The notes: generated by a model not told the origin, from the letters alone. A stretch of 63,387 nt of DNA, filler included, from Pirum gemmata (GCA_002812295.1; 22 parts of 22 records of this genome joined end to end with filler, not necessarily neighbours in it); one strand, 5' to 3'; positions 13,731 through 26,983 are shown, counted from the first letter of the whole stretch. Made by a program: numbers and translations.

Positions 13731-14471
13731 CCTTTCTCCTACTTTCATGTGTATTGATAATAACAAAATGAATAACGAAAAAAGAAAAACAATATTACTA
13801 CGACTACGACTACGACTAATCTTCTTCTTCTACTACTACTACTACTAATACTACTACTAATACTACAACGACTACTATTACAAATACTACTAATACTACT
13901 AATACTATTACAACTACTACTATTACAAACTATCATTACTACTACAGTACAATAATATTTAAAAGTATATCTTTCCAGTTTCTCACCACGAACCTTTTTA
14001 ATGATTGGGTTTCGAGCTGAAATAATGCCTGTCCTCATAAGAGGTTTGTTATTATACCACTTATTGCGCAATATTTTTAATTTCAATAGTGTTATACATG
14101 TGCTTAAATACTTTGTAGTTAATTGATTAATTGATTAATCGTTTTTTTAAATTTTATTTTATCAAGCCTATTAATTTAATATGGTTCTCTAAAAACTGAA
14201 AGTTCACACGTTTTTGTTTTTTTTTGTTTTTGTTATACTTAAGAAGAGGAAAAGGGAGAATAATTTATGAATCTCAATTTCTTTTAGACTGTTTATTAAT
14301 AACATTTTTAACTTTAACTGTTTATTACCTAACCCTTACCCTTACCCTAACCCTAACCCTAACCCTAACCCNNNNNNNNNNNNNNNNNNNNNNNNNNNNN
14401 NNNNNNNNNNNNNNNTTAATTAATTAANNNNNNNNNNNNNNNNNNNNNNNNNNNNNNNNNNNNNNNNNNNN

Positions 14472-14505
<34 letters not shown>

Positions 14506-14584
14506 GGTATAAATAAATGATTTAAGCAAACTTCAAACTTTGGTTTTACAAGTTTTACACATATCTCTCTTTTAAAATTTCAAA

Positions 14585-15916
14585 ATGTTTTTCTTCTATA
14601 TTGTTGTTACGTTAACTTCTTTGTTAACATTTCCCAATGTTTCTTCGTCCAACGTTTTTGTTGATGAAAAATTTCCAGAGCCAGAATTAGTTGCTGGGAA
14701 GCAGTACAAATTTAATAGTGCTTTGGAGTACCAATTGGAATCTTTTTCGCTTAAATTCCCAAACAAACCTGATTTCACAGCACCAATGGTGATTAATTTA
14801 CCCAACAATAAAAAGAAATACGTCTCACCTCCAGTTGTCTTAACCAAAGACAAGTTCATTTTACACAATAGTGATGCGGGAAAATCTCCGATTTTATCTG
14901 AAATTCGGGCTTTAGGAAAATCACCGTTTGAAAACAATGGGAAAGTTCGTGTTACCGGATTTTGCACTGATTGCCCCTTGAGGTATGGGATTTCCCTTCA
15001 AGCTAGTGTTTTTTACGCTGCTTGTTACTTCAACAATACATCATTACTTCGACCCATTGTTAAGCAACCAATGCAATCGTCTATTGACTATCTCAAGGTT
15101 AATAACAATTGTGTGATTTCTCTTACGTTTCCGACCTCGGGAGCTGAAATGAAATTTTCATTGCAAATTGTTAAACCTTGCATGAAATCTGGTTACTATT
15201 GCGACAATCAAGGTCAAGTGTTGCCATGTCCAAATACCGGGGTTTGCTTAGATGGTAAGCATTATGCCATTTCAAAAAATGAATGTCCAATCAATTATTA
15301 TTATGATTTAACCTCAAAAGAGTGTGTACGATGTAATCCGGGAATGTTATGTCGTGGAGGAAATCAGAATGTTCAGGAGTACTCCAAGGGAATGACTTTT
15401 TCTTTTGCAGAAGGGTATCATGCTTACTATTATGGAGTAGATATGTTATGTTACAATGATCTACGCCCTTTTCACCAATTTTATTGCCGAGCCGGGAGAT
15501 CTAGACCTTATACCAATTCGTCTTTTTATGGAATGGCAGTAGCCTTGCCATGCCCGGAGGGTAGTATTTGCAAAAACGGGTCTATTGAATCTTGTTTACC
15601 CGGATACTTTTTTACCGATTTTAATTTTGCTAACATGTGTTCGAAGTGTCCTCCAGGATTCATTTGTCAAGATAGTGTTGTTGTTAAAAAATGTAATGAA
15701 CATACTGAATGTGTTGATGGATATCCATTTACGTGTAAAACACTACGTATTTTTAATCTTAAGTCACAACAATGTCAACTTAAGACAAACGAGAATCAAA
15801 AAATGGTTCATTTTCTATTTGGTGTACATCCTTTATTATCTTGTAACGCGGGATCTTGTCCAAAATTTGAAGGGAAAGAAATTGTTTTGGAAAATGGATT
15901 GCAAAAATGGGACTAA
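14585..15916 (+). CDS. Secreted Cys-rich protein with CPxGxxC (GCC2/GCC3- or TNFR-like) repeats
   Basis: 443-aa intronless ORF with a hydrophobic signal peptide and the motifs CPINYYY, CNPGMLC, CPEGSIC and CPPGFIC. Confidence 0.75.
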   Translation: MFFFYIVVTLTSLLTFPNVSSSNVFVDEKFPEPELVAGKQYKFNSALEYQLESFSLKFPNKPDFTAPMVINLPNNKKKYVSPPVVLTKDKFILHNSDAGKSPILSEIRALGKSPFENNGKVRVTGFCTDCPLRYGISLQASVFYAACYFNNTSLLRPIVKQPMQSSIDYLKVNNNCVISLTFPTSGAEMKFSLQIVKPCMKSGYYCDNQGQVLPCPNTGVCLDGKHYAISKNECPINYYYDLTSKECVRCNPGMLCRGGNQNVQEYSKGMTFSFAEGYHAYYYGVDMLCYNDLRPFHQFYCRAGRSRPYTNSSFYGMAVALPCPEGSICKNGSIESCLPGYFFTDFNFANMCSKCPPGFICQDSVVVKKCNEHTECVDGYPFTCKTLRIFNLKSQQCQLKTNENQKMVHFLFGVHPLLSCNAGSCPKFEGKEIVLENGLQKWD

Positions 15917-17389
15917 ATTGAATCTTGTTTACATCTTGTCCAAAGGATAAAATTTTTGTAAAGTGAACCATAAAACCATTAAAATTTTTTTTTCAATAAA
16001 TGTTTATACTGTTTTTATCGTATTTCGATCTTCGATCCTCCTAGATCGTTCGGGGCGCAATCCTCTCCTATCGATCCCATGATGTAATAAGATATTGAAT
16101 ATGACGTAAGAATTTTCTTCCATCATTTTCGTATTCTTACCTTTTAAACAATCCCATGATGTATATATTGAATATGACGTAATAATTTTCATCCATCATT
16201 TTTAAGTAATTTCCGGTTAAGTGCAGCTTCAAATACCCCTACCTACCTACCCCTTGACGTTAATTTCTGGTCAAATACCACCTACCTACCTACCCCTTGA
16301 AGTAACGTATTATTTGAACACTCCCTTTCGACTGGTGTCGTCTTAGTCAGCGATATTATTACTTAAGGGGTTGCGGGAAAAACTATCGAATCGAGACTAG
16401 TTCGAAACTTTCAAAATTTTTGGATCTAATTTTAAGTATTGGGTGTATAGAAAAAACTCGAAACTCGAAAAAAAGGAATATCATTTCACACTATTTAATA
16501 ATTAGGATGATATGACGCAATTTCAAAAACGACGTAGAAGTGACGTAATACAAATAAAAGAAAGAGGCAAGCAAGGGTGTTTTAGGGTTAGACATGTGGG
16601 GAAACCCATCGAATCGAAACTAGTTTGAAACTTTCTAAAATTTTCGATCAAACTTTTAAGTATTGACTCACTTTTGATTTCATTAAAAATAAGTTCTTAA
16701 AAATTGTTAGAAATAAGATAGAAATTTCATATAAAAAACTTGAAACTCGAAAAAAAAAAAAAGAAATATCATATCATTTCAAAAACCATTTATTAATAAA
16801 TAGATTCGAGTTGTTTGATTCGATTATGTTTTCCCGTACTAGAGTTTTTTGCAAACAAAAGAACATGATACTAGTATGAGTCTAGTATGATACTCTAGCT
16901 AGCTAGCTAGCTAGCTAGCTAGCTAGTAGTACAGCTATCAGGACAGACTTAGAGACTTAGTACTACTATCATACAACAAATTTCTACTAGCAACAAACAA
17001 ACCCCAAACAAAACAGAGAGCGCAGCCCAGCCCAGACCAGCGACACACACACACACACACACACCACACACACACACACACACACACNNNNNNNNNNNNN
17101 NNNNNNNNNNNNNNNNNNNNNNNNNNNNNNNTTAATTAATTAANNNNNNNNNNNNNNNNNNNNNNNNNNNNNNNNNNNNNNNNNNNNGTAGGTCTATGGA
17201 TTGATATATAAGTTATATTTACATAAATGCCTTTTTTCATAATAGTCTACTATGTTATTATGATATTATTTTTTATATATATACGTATCACTCAAATTAC
17301 ACTATTAATTAAAAAGGGTCTACAGTTGGGTCTACAGTTTTTTGCATGTGATCAACATGAAAGGTGACTGGTAGATCCATATTTTTATT

Positions 17390-18670
17390 ATAAGTAGCTC
17401 TAGCTAGCTACTAGCTAGCTAGACTGTAGCTATGATAGTCTATCCGATAGCTGCTGTAGGCAGCCAGAGTCTAGCTAGCTAGCTAGCTATGATAGCAGCC
17501 CCCCCTCCCCCCCCGACTTTAGTAGCTACTTGTATCATATCAATATCTACTTGTCTTCTACTAAAGGCTATGTATTAATATGACTCATATGATACTTTTA
17601 TTGTTTATCGATACATCATACAAGTAGTTAGCTACTACTAGCTAGTAGACTTATCTATAGACTACATATTATGATACCAGTACTTACGTTACCCTATGTT
17701 ACCTGACATTCTACTCTTATTATTTATATTATTATGAGAAGTACAACAAATTAAAACCGAACGACAATTAAATCATTAACTTATATGATACCAAAGTATT
17801 ATTGATATGAAACAAGTAAACAAACAAACTACAACTATAATAGTACTACTGTGCTTATTTTTTTGTAAAATTGTTATCATAGTCTACCTGGTAGTAGTCT
17901 GGTAGTCAAGTTTTTATAAATAATCATGTGGCCTCCTTCTCTCTGCTACTAGCTAGCTACTAGCTAGCTACCAGTCTAGCTAGCTGATACACACAGCTAG
18001 CTAGCTAGCTACTGCAGCTAGCTAGCTAGTAGCTACAGGTAGCTAGCTAGACTAGCTCTAGCTAGAAGTCTACTTAGTTAGAGTGCTACTAGCTAGCTAG
18101 CTAGGGTACATATGATAATTATGCATAGCTAGCTAGCTATGATAGCTATTAGCTAGCTATCGATACTCTAGCTAGACTAGCTAGCTAGCTAGATATGATA
18201 CTTAGATACTTTACTTTTCAGTCAGTCAGTTCAGTCAGTAGATATCGATAGCTAGCTACTGTAGTCTAGCTAGTAGGGTCTCTAGCTAGTAGTAGCAGTA
18301 GTCCCTTTTAGTTAGCTAGTCCAGTACCCTAGCTAGCTAGCTAGCTAGTAGGTACTGTAGTCTAACTACTAGCTAGCTAGCTAGCTAGAGTCTCTAACTA
18401 AGCAGAGCTATCACTGTCTGTAGCTAGTAGCTAGTAGTATCATAGTATCTACTAGCTAGCTACAATGACTAGCTACTAATAGAGTCATAGAATCTAGCTA
18501 GCCGCTAGCTATCATAGCTAGCTTGCCAAGTAGTACGATATCTAATAGAACCAATGTTATGATAATATCTAGCTATGATACTAGCTAGAGAGCTAGTCTA
18601 TAATATGAAAAAAAAAAAAAACACTGTTGAGCAAGCTAGCTAGGTACAGTAGCTACAGTAGCTAGATCAT
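17390..18670. repeat. (TAGC)n/CTAG-rich low-complexity tract
   Basis: Dense TAGCTA, TAGACTA, TAGTCTA and TATGATA/TATCATA words. Similar patches at 795-850, 1330-1430, 2375-2570, 16870-16970 and 50985-51240. Confidence 0.85.
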
Positions 18671-19263
18671 ACATAGACGGTAGACCCGATCTACTGCTAC
18701 GTAATAATAATTATTATCTTGAAAGTATCGATAATAAATACTATCATAAAGTAATATCATAGCTAAAGTAATACACCTATTAAAATTTTAAATACATAGT
18801 ATCGATACAGTATATGATAGCTGTTTTGTATATAATTTTTATACCAGTTAAAAAATTTTAGAATACTATTTTTAACATTTTTTAATACCTGGTAGTGTAG
18901 AAATATTAAATCTTTTTGAGTTAATGAAACATGAATCATGTAACCTTATTTCGGAATGATGGGTTAATGGACACTTTAAGTGCTGAGGCATTCACCATTG
19001 ATCCTAGTTGGTCCCTAGAAATTACAAACCAGCAGTGTTATCAAGTTTATTATTTTTCCCTCTGTTCTTTTTTTTTGTCTCTTTCTTTTTTTATTTGCTA
19101 CTTATGTTTTTGTTTGATACTGTCGCCACTTCTGTTGCTTTTGTTGTTGTGGTTATGGTTGTGGCTGTTGTTGTTGCTGCTGTTGTTGTTGTTGTGTTGT
19201 TGTTGCTGCTGTTGTTGTTGTTGTGTTGTTGTTGTGGTCTTGGTCGTAGTTGTGGTTGTTGTG

Positions 19264-19296
<33 letters not shown>

Positions 19297-19510
19297 GTTG
19301 TTGTTGTTCCTAGTCTGTAATCATCAAAATTGTTTGCTAAGTGGTACTATTCTAAAATTGTATTACTGCGAATATTGACATTATTGCTTTTATTAACCTC
19401 CTCCTCCTTCTCTTCATCGTCATCAGTTTCTAATATTGTATTGTATTTTTTCTTCTCATTATCAAGAATGATAGTGTTTCCACACCTTAATGTTAATTTT
19501 TCTTTTACAG

Positions 19511-19660
19511 AGGCTATATGGTACATATTCTGCAAATGTTGTTCTTTATTCTGAAATCGGTATTCCTATTACCGATAAATCTTTTATTGCCCCGATGCAG
19601 TCATTAGTGGTTTCAGGTGGAGAACCTTTTGTGAAAAATTCTTTTGTCTCTAGCGATAAA
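19511..19660 (+). CDS. Isolated internal exon of an unknown gene
   Basis: TTTTACAG acceptor, a 50-codon open frame (RLYGTYSANVVLYSEIGIP...VSSDK) and a GTATAA donor. Confidence 0.4.
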
Positions 19661-20045
19661 GTATAAAACTTTAATCATTTTTTGTATTTATGTATTTAAT
19701 ACCCCATCCCTACATTTTTGCACATACACTTGCAACACACCCACCCACAAACACAAACACGCCCACCCACACCCACACCCATACCCACCCATCCACTCAC
19801 AAACACCCATATATATATATTTATTATTATTANNNNNNNNNNNNNNNNNNNNNNNNNNNNNNNNNNNNNNNNNNNNTTAATTAATTAANNNNNNNNNNNN
19901 NNNNNNNNNNNNNNNNNNNNNNNNNNNNNNNNATAAATAAATAATAAATAAATAAATAACAATAATAATAACAATAATAATAATAATAATAATTAATAAT
20001 ATTTAATAGATAAATAAATAAATTAAATAAATAAAGTTTTTATAC

Positions 20046-20918
20046 CAAAACTACTCCAGTCGTTGATGAAACGGCCAAGATATTTCTTTTGTGGTCGACA
20101 GCCAAACTCGAAAACTTCATCTAATTAACATAATATTATAAATTCAATTATATTTAACAATGTAAAAGAAAGCAATAATAAAAATAACAATATGTTAAAC
20201 ATGTTATATGTTATGTTAACTTAACACTTGATGTTGTATTTTTACAAGTAGAGATTTAAATCTTCCAACTTTTAATATAGGTAAAATAAAACTATTCCTT
20301 CTCGACCAAAATTCTCTTCAACATTCTAACCATAAAAAAATCTTAAGGGGGAGGGGGGGACTAAAATATAGGGCTAGCACGGATGACTTCACAATAATAT
20401 AATTTTTTTTCTAACCTCGTTTCAGGAATAGAGGAAAAGAGAATTTCCCTCTCAAAACTAAATTACTAATTATTGGAAGACTAAGAGTAGTTATGACGTT
20501 TCTTGATTACTCTCATACATCCAAAAATGGTAATATTATACATGAGAGGGCAATTCTCTTTTCCTCAACCTGAATCGAGGTAAGCAAAAAATAAAAAATA
20601 AAAATATTATTATGGCGTCATCCGTGCTAGCCCTATACTTTAGTCCCAATGAAATACAAAATATTTAATTTTAACATAATTTTGAAAGTTGTCGTTTTTC
20701 GCGAAAATGTTCGAAAATACTCCATATATCAATTCGAGCCTATTTAACAATCTGATTCGGTTTCCTAAAGTGAAAAAAGGTAATATTCATACATAAAAAA
20801 CTTACACTATCATAATTTACGAATGAAAGCTTTTCAGCAGCACCTTCAACATTTTTGGGGTCATGAATATTGATAACTCCATCCAAACCAACAGAATAAA
20901 TTACATATTTGAGATGAT
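20046..20918 (-). CDS. Two small exons (20918-20821 and 20120-20046) of a WD40-repeat-like protein
   Basis: AG/GT-bounded and phase-compatible. They encode VIYSVGLDGVINIHD and FSSLAVDHKRNILAVSSTTGVVL, typical WD40 strands. Confidence 0.55.
20357..20647. mobile_element. Foldback MITE with ~100-bp imperfect inverted arms, located in an intron
   Basis: GGGACTAAAATATAGGGCTAGCACGGATGAC pairs with GTCATCCGTGCTAGCCCTATACTTTAGTCCC. GAGGAAAAGAGAATT pairs with AATTCTCTTTTCCTC. Confidence 0.8.
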
Positions 20919-20921
20919 CTA

Positions 20922-20956
<35 letters not shown>

Positions 20957-22891
20957 TGTTAGCATTTTAAAAAAACCAAGACTGGAACAAACAAAACTCA
21001 AAAAAACAAACTTACGGAACTCGTTGCATTACAGACATGGTCGTTAAGTAGATATAACAGAAATATAATACTTAAAGTAAAAGTTGTATAATAAAAATAA
21101 TAAGTTGAACAACGAAAACTAAATAATGAAAACCAAATATAACACTAACAAAATTAAAATCTTCTATTTGTATTTTAGTTATTTATGTGTTTAGTTATTA
21201 CAAATTTTTACAAATTTATATTATTATTGATATTTGATCTCGATATTTGATAAACGTGATAAAAAAAAAACGCATGGCACTTTACAGGGTCACTTTTGTT
21301 TTTTTGACATCATTAGAATATATTATGTCATTTTTTATCATTATTTTAATTTTAATGACATCATTACTACTTAGTAGTGACGATTTTTCTATTAGATTGC
21401 ACAGTTTTCACCCCCCTTTTTTGGTACAAAAAAAGTCATAAAACCTGTTAGTCTAGACCAATTATGAAAATCACCCACACAGCCTTATTTGGATCCACTA
21501 AAAAAAGCTTTTTCGGTGCGTAATTTTTTGCTTGATTTTTTTTTTCCTAAATTTGGAAAACAAGGTCATACGTTGCCCCTTTTGCCCAAATCAAGACCGC
21601 AGATATTTCCATAATAAGATATTATTTCCAAAAAAAACCGAAAAGATCTTTTAAACTATATATGGCTTCTTCACATATCCATATATTACTGTGTGGGTTT
21701 TTTCGTAAATTGTAATAAATGGCTAGCTACTGGCCAAAAAGAATTGGATGAAAAATTGCCAAATAAAAATTAAATGGAATCAAAATAAATTAAAAAAAAG
21801 CCAAATAATTACTATATTGCACTTTTTTTGTGCGATAAGATAAAAGTTTATTTTTTATAAAAAAAATAAAATAGATAAAAAATTAAAAAATTTTAAATAC
21901 TATTAGTTACCTTGTTATAAAACAAATTTTTTTTAAAAAAAATTAAAAGTGTAATATTATTAGATTTTTCTAGACTTTTATTTTTATTTTTTTAAAATAT
22001 TTACTTAGTATTGCCACTTTTTTGGTTGTTATCGTATTATCAAACAAAATGTTTTTAACTTGAATTTTAATTAGTTAGTTAAAAATTGAGTAAGAACAAA
22101 ATTTACCGAATTTAGAATATTGAATGATATCGTGAATTATAAGAAGAGAGTAACCAATAATAAAAGTATGATATAAAAATGACTATACAATAACAAGAAA
22201 TTTTTTCGAAAACTGCCAAGTAGACTACCTAAAAAGTTTACCTAAAGTAGTCAGAACGAAATCAGAAATTCAGGTAATATTATTCTAACATTCTAACTTA
22301 CTCAGTACATACCTGGTATAAGACAAAGGAAAGGCTATCATATTTTTGATTTTTGTGTTGTTATCATTTCGTTCTTTATTTTTTTGTTTAGTTTGTTTAC
22401 GTTTTATTCATGTTTTCATTGTTTTCTGCCAGGAAAGCAAAGGACCCTACGATGAGTACTTCAATTCCTTTGGATGATTTCAGGACTAACGAGCACGGTG
22501 AGAGAATACGTGAGCGACCAATTAGAAAAACAATAGACGAGGTATTATTATTATTATTANNNNNNNNNNNNNNNNNNNNNNNNNNNNNNNNNNNNNNNNN
22601 NNNTTAATTAATTAANNNNNNNNNNNNNNNNNNNNNNNNNNNNNNNNNNNNNNNNNNNNAATAATAAATAATAATAATAATAATAATAAAAAAAAATAAA
22701 AAAAAAAAATAAAAAAAAAAATCGAACAAATTTTATGCGTTTCCAAACCTATAAATAGCTTAAAAAAATCAAAAAGGTGTGCAAAAAGTATATTATACAT
22801 AATACTACAAAATTATTATAATATTATAATATATTTATTATATCAATAATCAACATAAAAACAAAAACAACAACTACAACAATTAATAACC

Positions 22892-23391
22892 ATGAAACTT
22901 TCTTTCGTTTTACTTTATTTCGCTTTTTTTCAAAGTGAAACAACAGAGGCAGTGGGTACATTTGGTAAAGCATTTCTTACGAAAGGGATAGAATCATTGG
23001 CACCACTGGCTAACAGAAAACCTTATAATGTACCCCCAACCCCACCCTTCTTCGTTCAGACACCACTCAATCACCAACAACCAAACGCAAACCAACCTCC
23101 AATAAATACCCCTGGCAGACCTCTTGATAGTAATAATAGAAACACAAGAATAAACACCGATCTACTACATCAAAGACTTAAATTAACCGGTATTTCTGGT
23201 ACAGGTAGTAGTGATCAGAACGTTGCTGCTGAACAAGATAAATCTCCAAAAGCAATTGATCAAACTATCACTGATCATAGCTCTGATCATACACCTAGTG
23301 ATTATGAAGATGAAGGAGAATCTGAAATTCCGGTAGAACCCAAAGCTAATTTGGTTTATGGATCCACTGAGGCTAAATTGGCATCATATTC

Positions 23392-23429
<38 letters not shown>

Positions 23430-24124
23430 TCAAAGCTATTGAAGATTTAAAAAAGAGTGACAATAACAAGAAAATTAATACAAACATATTGATTAAAGGA
23501 GGTTTGTATACCATAGGTGCGGCTGTGTTGGCTTTTGGTGCCGACTATGTTAAAAATTGTCTACAAAAAAAGAATTGTTGGTGGTGGAATAAAAATGGTG
23601 GTGATGAAATCATTCGTTCTACTGATCAGGATTTAGAAAAGGAGACAAAAACATATGAATTCACAGTTTATGAAGAAATCTTGCCTTCCCCAACTAGTGA
23701 ACCAACTAGCATCATTGTTACCGATGTACAAACTAGCATCGACAATAATAAAGTTAATGTTAGCGTTGTTGACAAGAAAAATGGCGATGTTAATAACAAC
23801 AACATTGAAAACAACGTTGTAAATGAACCCCAAGCTGTTAGCAATGCTCAAAATGATGACAATTCTGGAACAAAAACGTCTTTGGTAGTTGGTGTTTGTG
23901 CAGGGGCTGGGGCTGCACTAGTTGCACTAGTTTCACTTGTTGGTGTAGTTACAATCTGTAGAAAAAAGTCAGCACTTCCCTTAGTAAATGCCCCGTCACA
24001 AGTTGATCTTGAGTATGGAGACACAGAAAACATTCCTGCAAATCCGCTTTTTCAAAATAATAACCAGAGCGAGAAAAATAATGCTATATTTGAAGAATCT
24101 TTTTCAGTAGTACAAACAAATTAA
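22892..24124 (+). CDS. Type I membrane protein with signal peptide, low-complexity ectodomain, TM helix and NPLF-containing tail
   Basis: 410-aa intronless ORF. Signal MKLSFVLLYFAFF; TM LVVGVCAGAGAALVALVSLVGVVTIC followed by RKK; tail NPLF...NAIF. Confidence 0.8.
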
Positions 24125-24273
24125 TAATGATTACTAGAAATCTAGAATTACTAATAAATTATATCTGCTGATACAAGGGCATCAATAGCGTGATGATAAA
24201 AATAAAGAATAAAAAAAGCCTGGATTATATATATTTTTTTTACGTTTTACTCTTTTGCTTTTTACTCTTTTGC

Positions 24274-24317
<44 letters not shown>

Positions 24318-24900
24318 TTTTATACATTATACAGTTTGAAAACTATTTATTATTATTATAAATAGAGTTACTAACAAAGCTAATATTATTGTTTATTAAC
24401 AACTTACATCGCTTTCAATTGATTCATACCAGTGAAAGCCTCTTCACCAAAATCCACAATATTACTATTATTTAACAATCTATCATAAACAGAATCATAA
24501 TAAATATATATGCATAAGTAAAGATCACATACATACATACATGCATACATACAAAACCAACAAACCAACAAATCAACAAACCGAGAAACCAACAAGCAAA
24601 CCAACCAACAAACCAACAAACAAGCAAACCAACCAACAAACCAACAAATAAACCAACCAACCAACCAATCAACCAATCCACCAACAAAATACATACATAC
24701 ATACACACATAAATACATACATACATGCATGCATGCATACATACATACATACATACATACATACATACATACATACATACATACATACATACATACATAC
24801 ATACATACATACATACATACAAACAAACAAACATACGAAAAAGTAAACATGATCATCTACTTTTAGCTGATGTTTTTAAAAAACAACTTCACAAGTTGAG

Positions 24901-25082
24901 TTGGGGTTACGGTTACCGTTACCGTTACCGTTACCGTTACCGTTACTAGGATTAGGGTTAAGGTTAGGGAGGTAAAGGTTAGGGTTAGGGTTAGGGTTAG
25001 GGTTAGGGTTAGGGTTAGGGTTAGGGTTAGGGTTAGGGTTAGGGTTAGGGTTAAGGTTAGGGTTAGGGTTAAGTTTAGGGTT
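24901..25082 (+). repeat. Interstitial (GTTACC)n plus (TTAGGG)n tract flanked by a ~20-bp duplication
   Basis: AAAAACAACTTCACAAGTTG at 24879-24898 and AAAAACAACTTACACAAGTTG at 25084-25104. Confidence 0.85.
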
Positions 25083-25239
25083 GAAAAACAACTTACACAA
25101 GTTGGGCATAATCAACATTACAATATCGTTCATTTATAGGTCTCAAAGACTCGACTTTATTATTTTTGATTATAAAATCGCGATTCCCTTCGCATATTAA
25201 AGTTGGATCAGACGGTATTAATTGTGGTGGTAGGACATC

Positions 25240-25272
<33 letters not shown>

Positions 25273-25439
25273 TAATAATTATATGATGATGATAATGATA
25301 ATAATANNNNNNNNNNNNNNNNNNNNNNNNNNNNNNNNNNNNNNNNNNNNTTAATTAATTAANNNNNNNNNNNNNNNNNNNNNNNNNNNNNNNNNNNNNN
25401 NNNNNNAGTATTAGTATTAGTAGTAGTAGTAGAAGTAGA

Positions 25440-26310
25440 AGGCCAGATAAAAAGGGCGACATCCGCCATATGAGCTCAAAAATCCAAAAATAAATTCAAA
25501 AAAATCCAAATTTTAATGAAGTACTACCAACATTTAAGAAGTAAAGTAACTAAAAAACTCTATTATAAACCAATTGCTAGTTTTTAAAAATAATTTGGCT
25601 AGTTATAATCAAAGTTTTTTAGAAAAGAAGTCTATTAATAAAAAAATTTAATAAAAAATTTCTATGATAATATAATACAGTTTTATGCGGCTTGGCTGTT
25701 AAAATTATTTCAAAAAGCTATTTTTATCATAGTCGACTTTTAAGGTTTTTGATTGGTTCGATCTATTTCTTTTGATTTATCGAATTAGCCAATGAAAATC
25801 AAATATGGGGTAGATGAACAGCTAGAGGAAACCACTATTGTGTTTTCAATAGTGGAAATAAAACATACCAAATTAGTATTATGGTTAAACTATCGGGCAT
25901 GTTTTAATTAATTTGGTATGTTATATTTAATATTATTTTTTATAAAAAAGTTCAATTATACACTTAAACAGTACCAAATTAAAGATTGAGAGGGCCGCCG
26001 TTTAGGGCTCGAAATTTTTTTAGTTATGATGGGAGAAATGTTTGATTTTTTCTTTTTTTTTTTTTTTTTTTTAAAAAGCCAAGCCGGATAAAACTGTAGA
26101 ACTGTTTTTTTTTTTAGACTTCTTTTCTAAAAATCTTTCATAAAAACAAGCCAAATTATTTTTAAAAACTAACAATTGGTTCATAATAGAGTTTTATTAG
26201 TTAAACTATTTCTTAAAATTTGGTAGTACTTTTATTAAAATTGGATCATTTTGTAATTTTTTGGTTTTGAGGTTATATGGTGGATGTCGCCATTTTTATC
26301 CGGCTTGGTA
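25440..26310. mobile_element. Non-autonomous DNA transposon with ~250-bp inverted arms (family E) and a family F copy inside. Another arm at ~50700-50932
   Basis: 25445-25690 is the imperfect reverse complement of 26085-26310. The right end reads ...CCGGCTTGG|TA. Confidence 0.75.
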
Positions 26311-26983
26311 AGACTAGTCTAGTTAAAAAAAAAAAAAAANNNNNNNNNNNNNNNNNNNNNNNNNNNNNNNNNNNNNNNNNNNNNNNNNNNNNNNNNNNNN
26401 NNNNNNNNNNNNNNNNNNNNNNNNNNNNNNNNNNNNNNNNNNNNNNNNNNNNNNNNNNNNNNNNNNNNNNNNNNNNNNNNNNNNNNNNNNNNNNNNNNNN
26501 NNNNNNNNNNNNNNNNNNNNNNNNNNNNNNNNNNNNNNNNNNNNNNNNNNNNNNCAGTTGTTTTGTCATCATAAAATATACAATAAATAGTACCAAATTA
26601 ATACAATATAAATCCATTTTATTTAATTTGGTATATTTTATTATCCATTTATTCATTTTTAACAATGCCAATTAAAAATTATAACCAACCAAATAAATAT
26701 TCGGAATGAAAAGCGTTATATTAACTAGAAACTACGTTACCCTAACCCTAACCCTAACCCCCTAACCTCTAACCCTAACCCTAACCCTAACTCTAACCCC
26801 CTAACCTCTAACCCTAACCCTAACCCTAACCCTAACCCTAACCCTAACCCTAACCCTAACCCTAGCTAGCTTAACCCCCTGACCCTAACCCTCTCTGCTA
26901 GCCCTAGCTAGTAGTAGCTAGCTAGTAGTAGACCTTAGTGACTGTACAGTGTACATAAATTCATAACTTCGCTTTTTTAACTT

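Noticed and set aside
19572..19579. CCGATAAA (reverse complement of TTTATCGG) as another Fanzor end
   Set aside because: It lies inside a probable host exon with no adjacent hairpin or TnpB-like sequence.
24404..25133. ORFs such as MYVCMYVC and NPNPNP (similar ones at 12852, 30494, 34445-35612 alternative frames, 36526, 37123-37550, 43222, 60084, 62322)
   Set aside because: They are translations of microsatellites (CATA, TAACCC, TTG, TAG, TTTGT) with no coding evidence.
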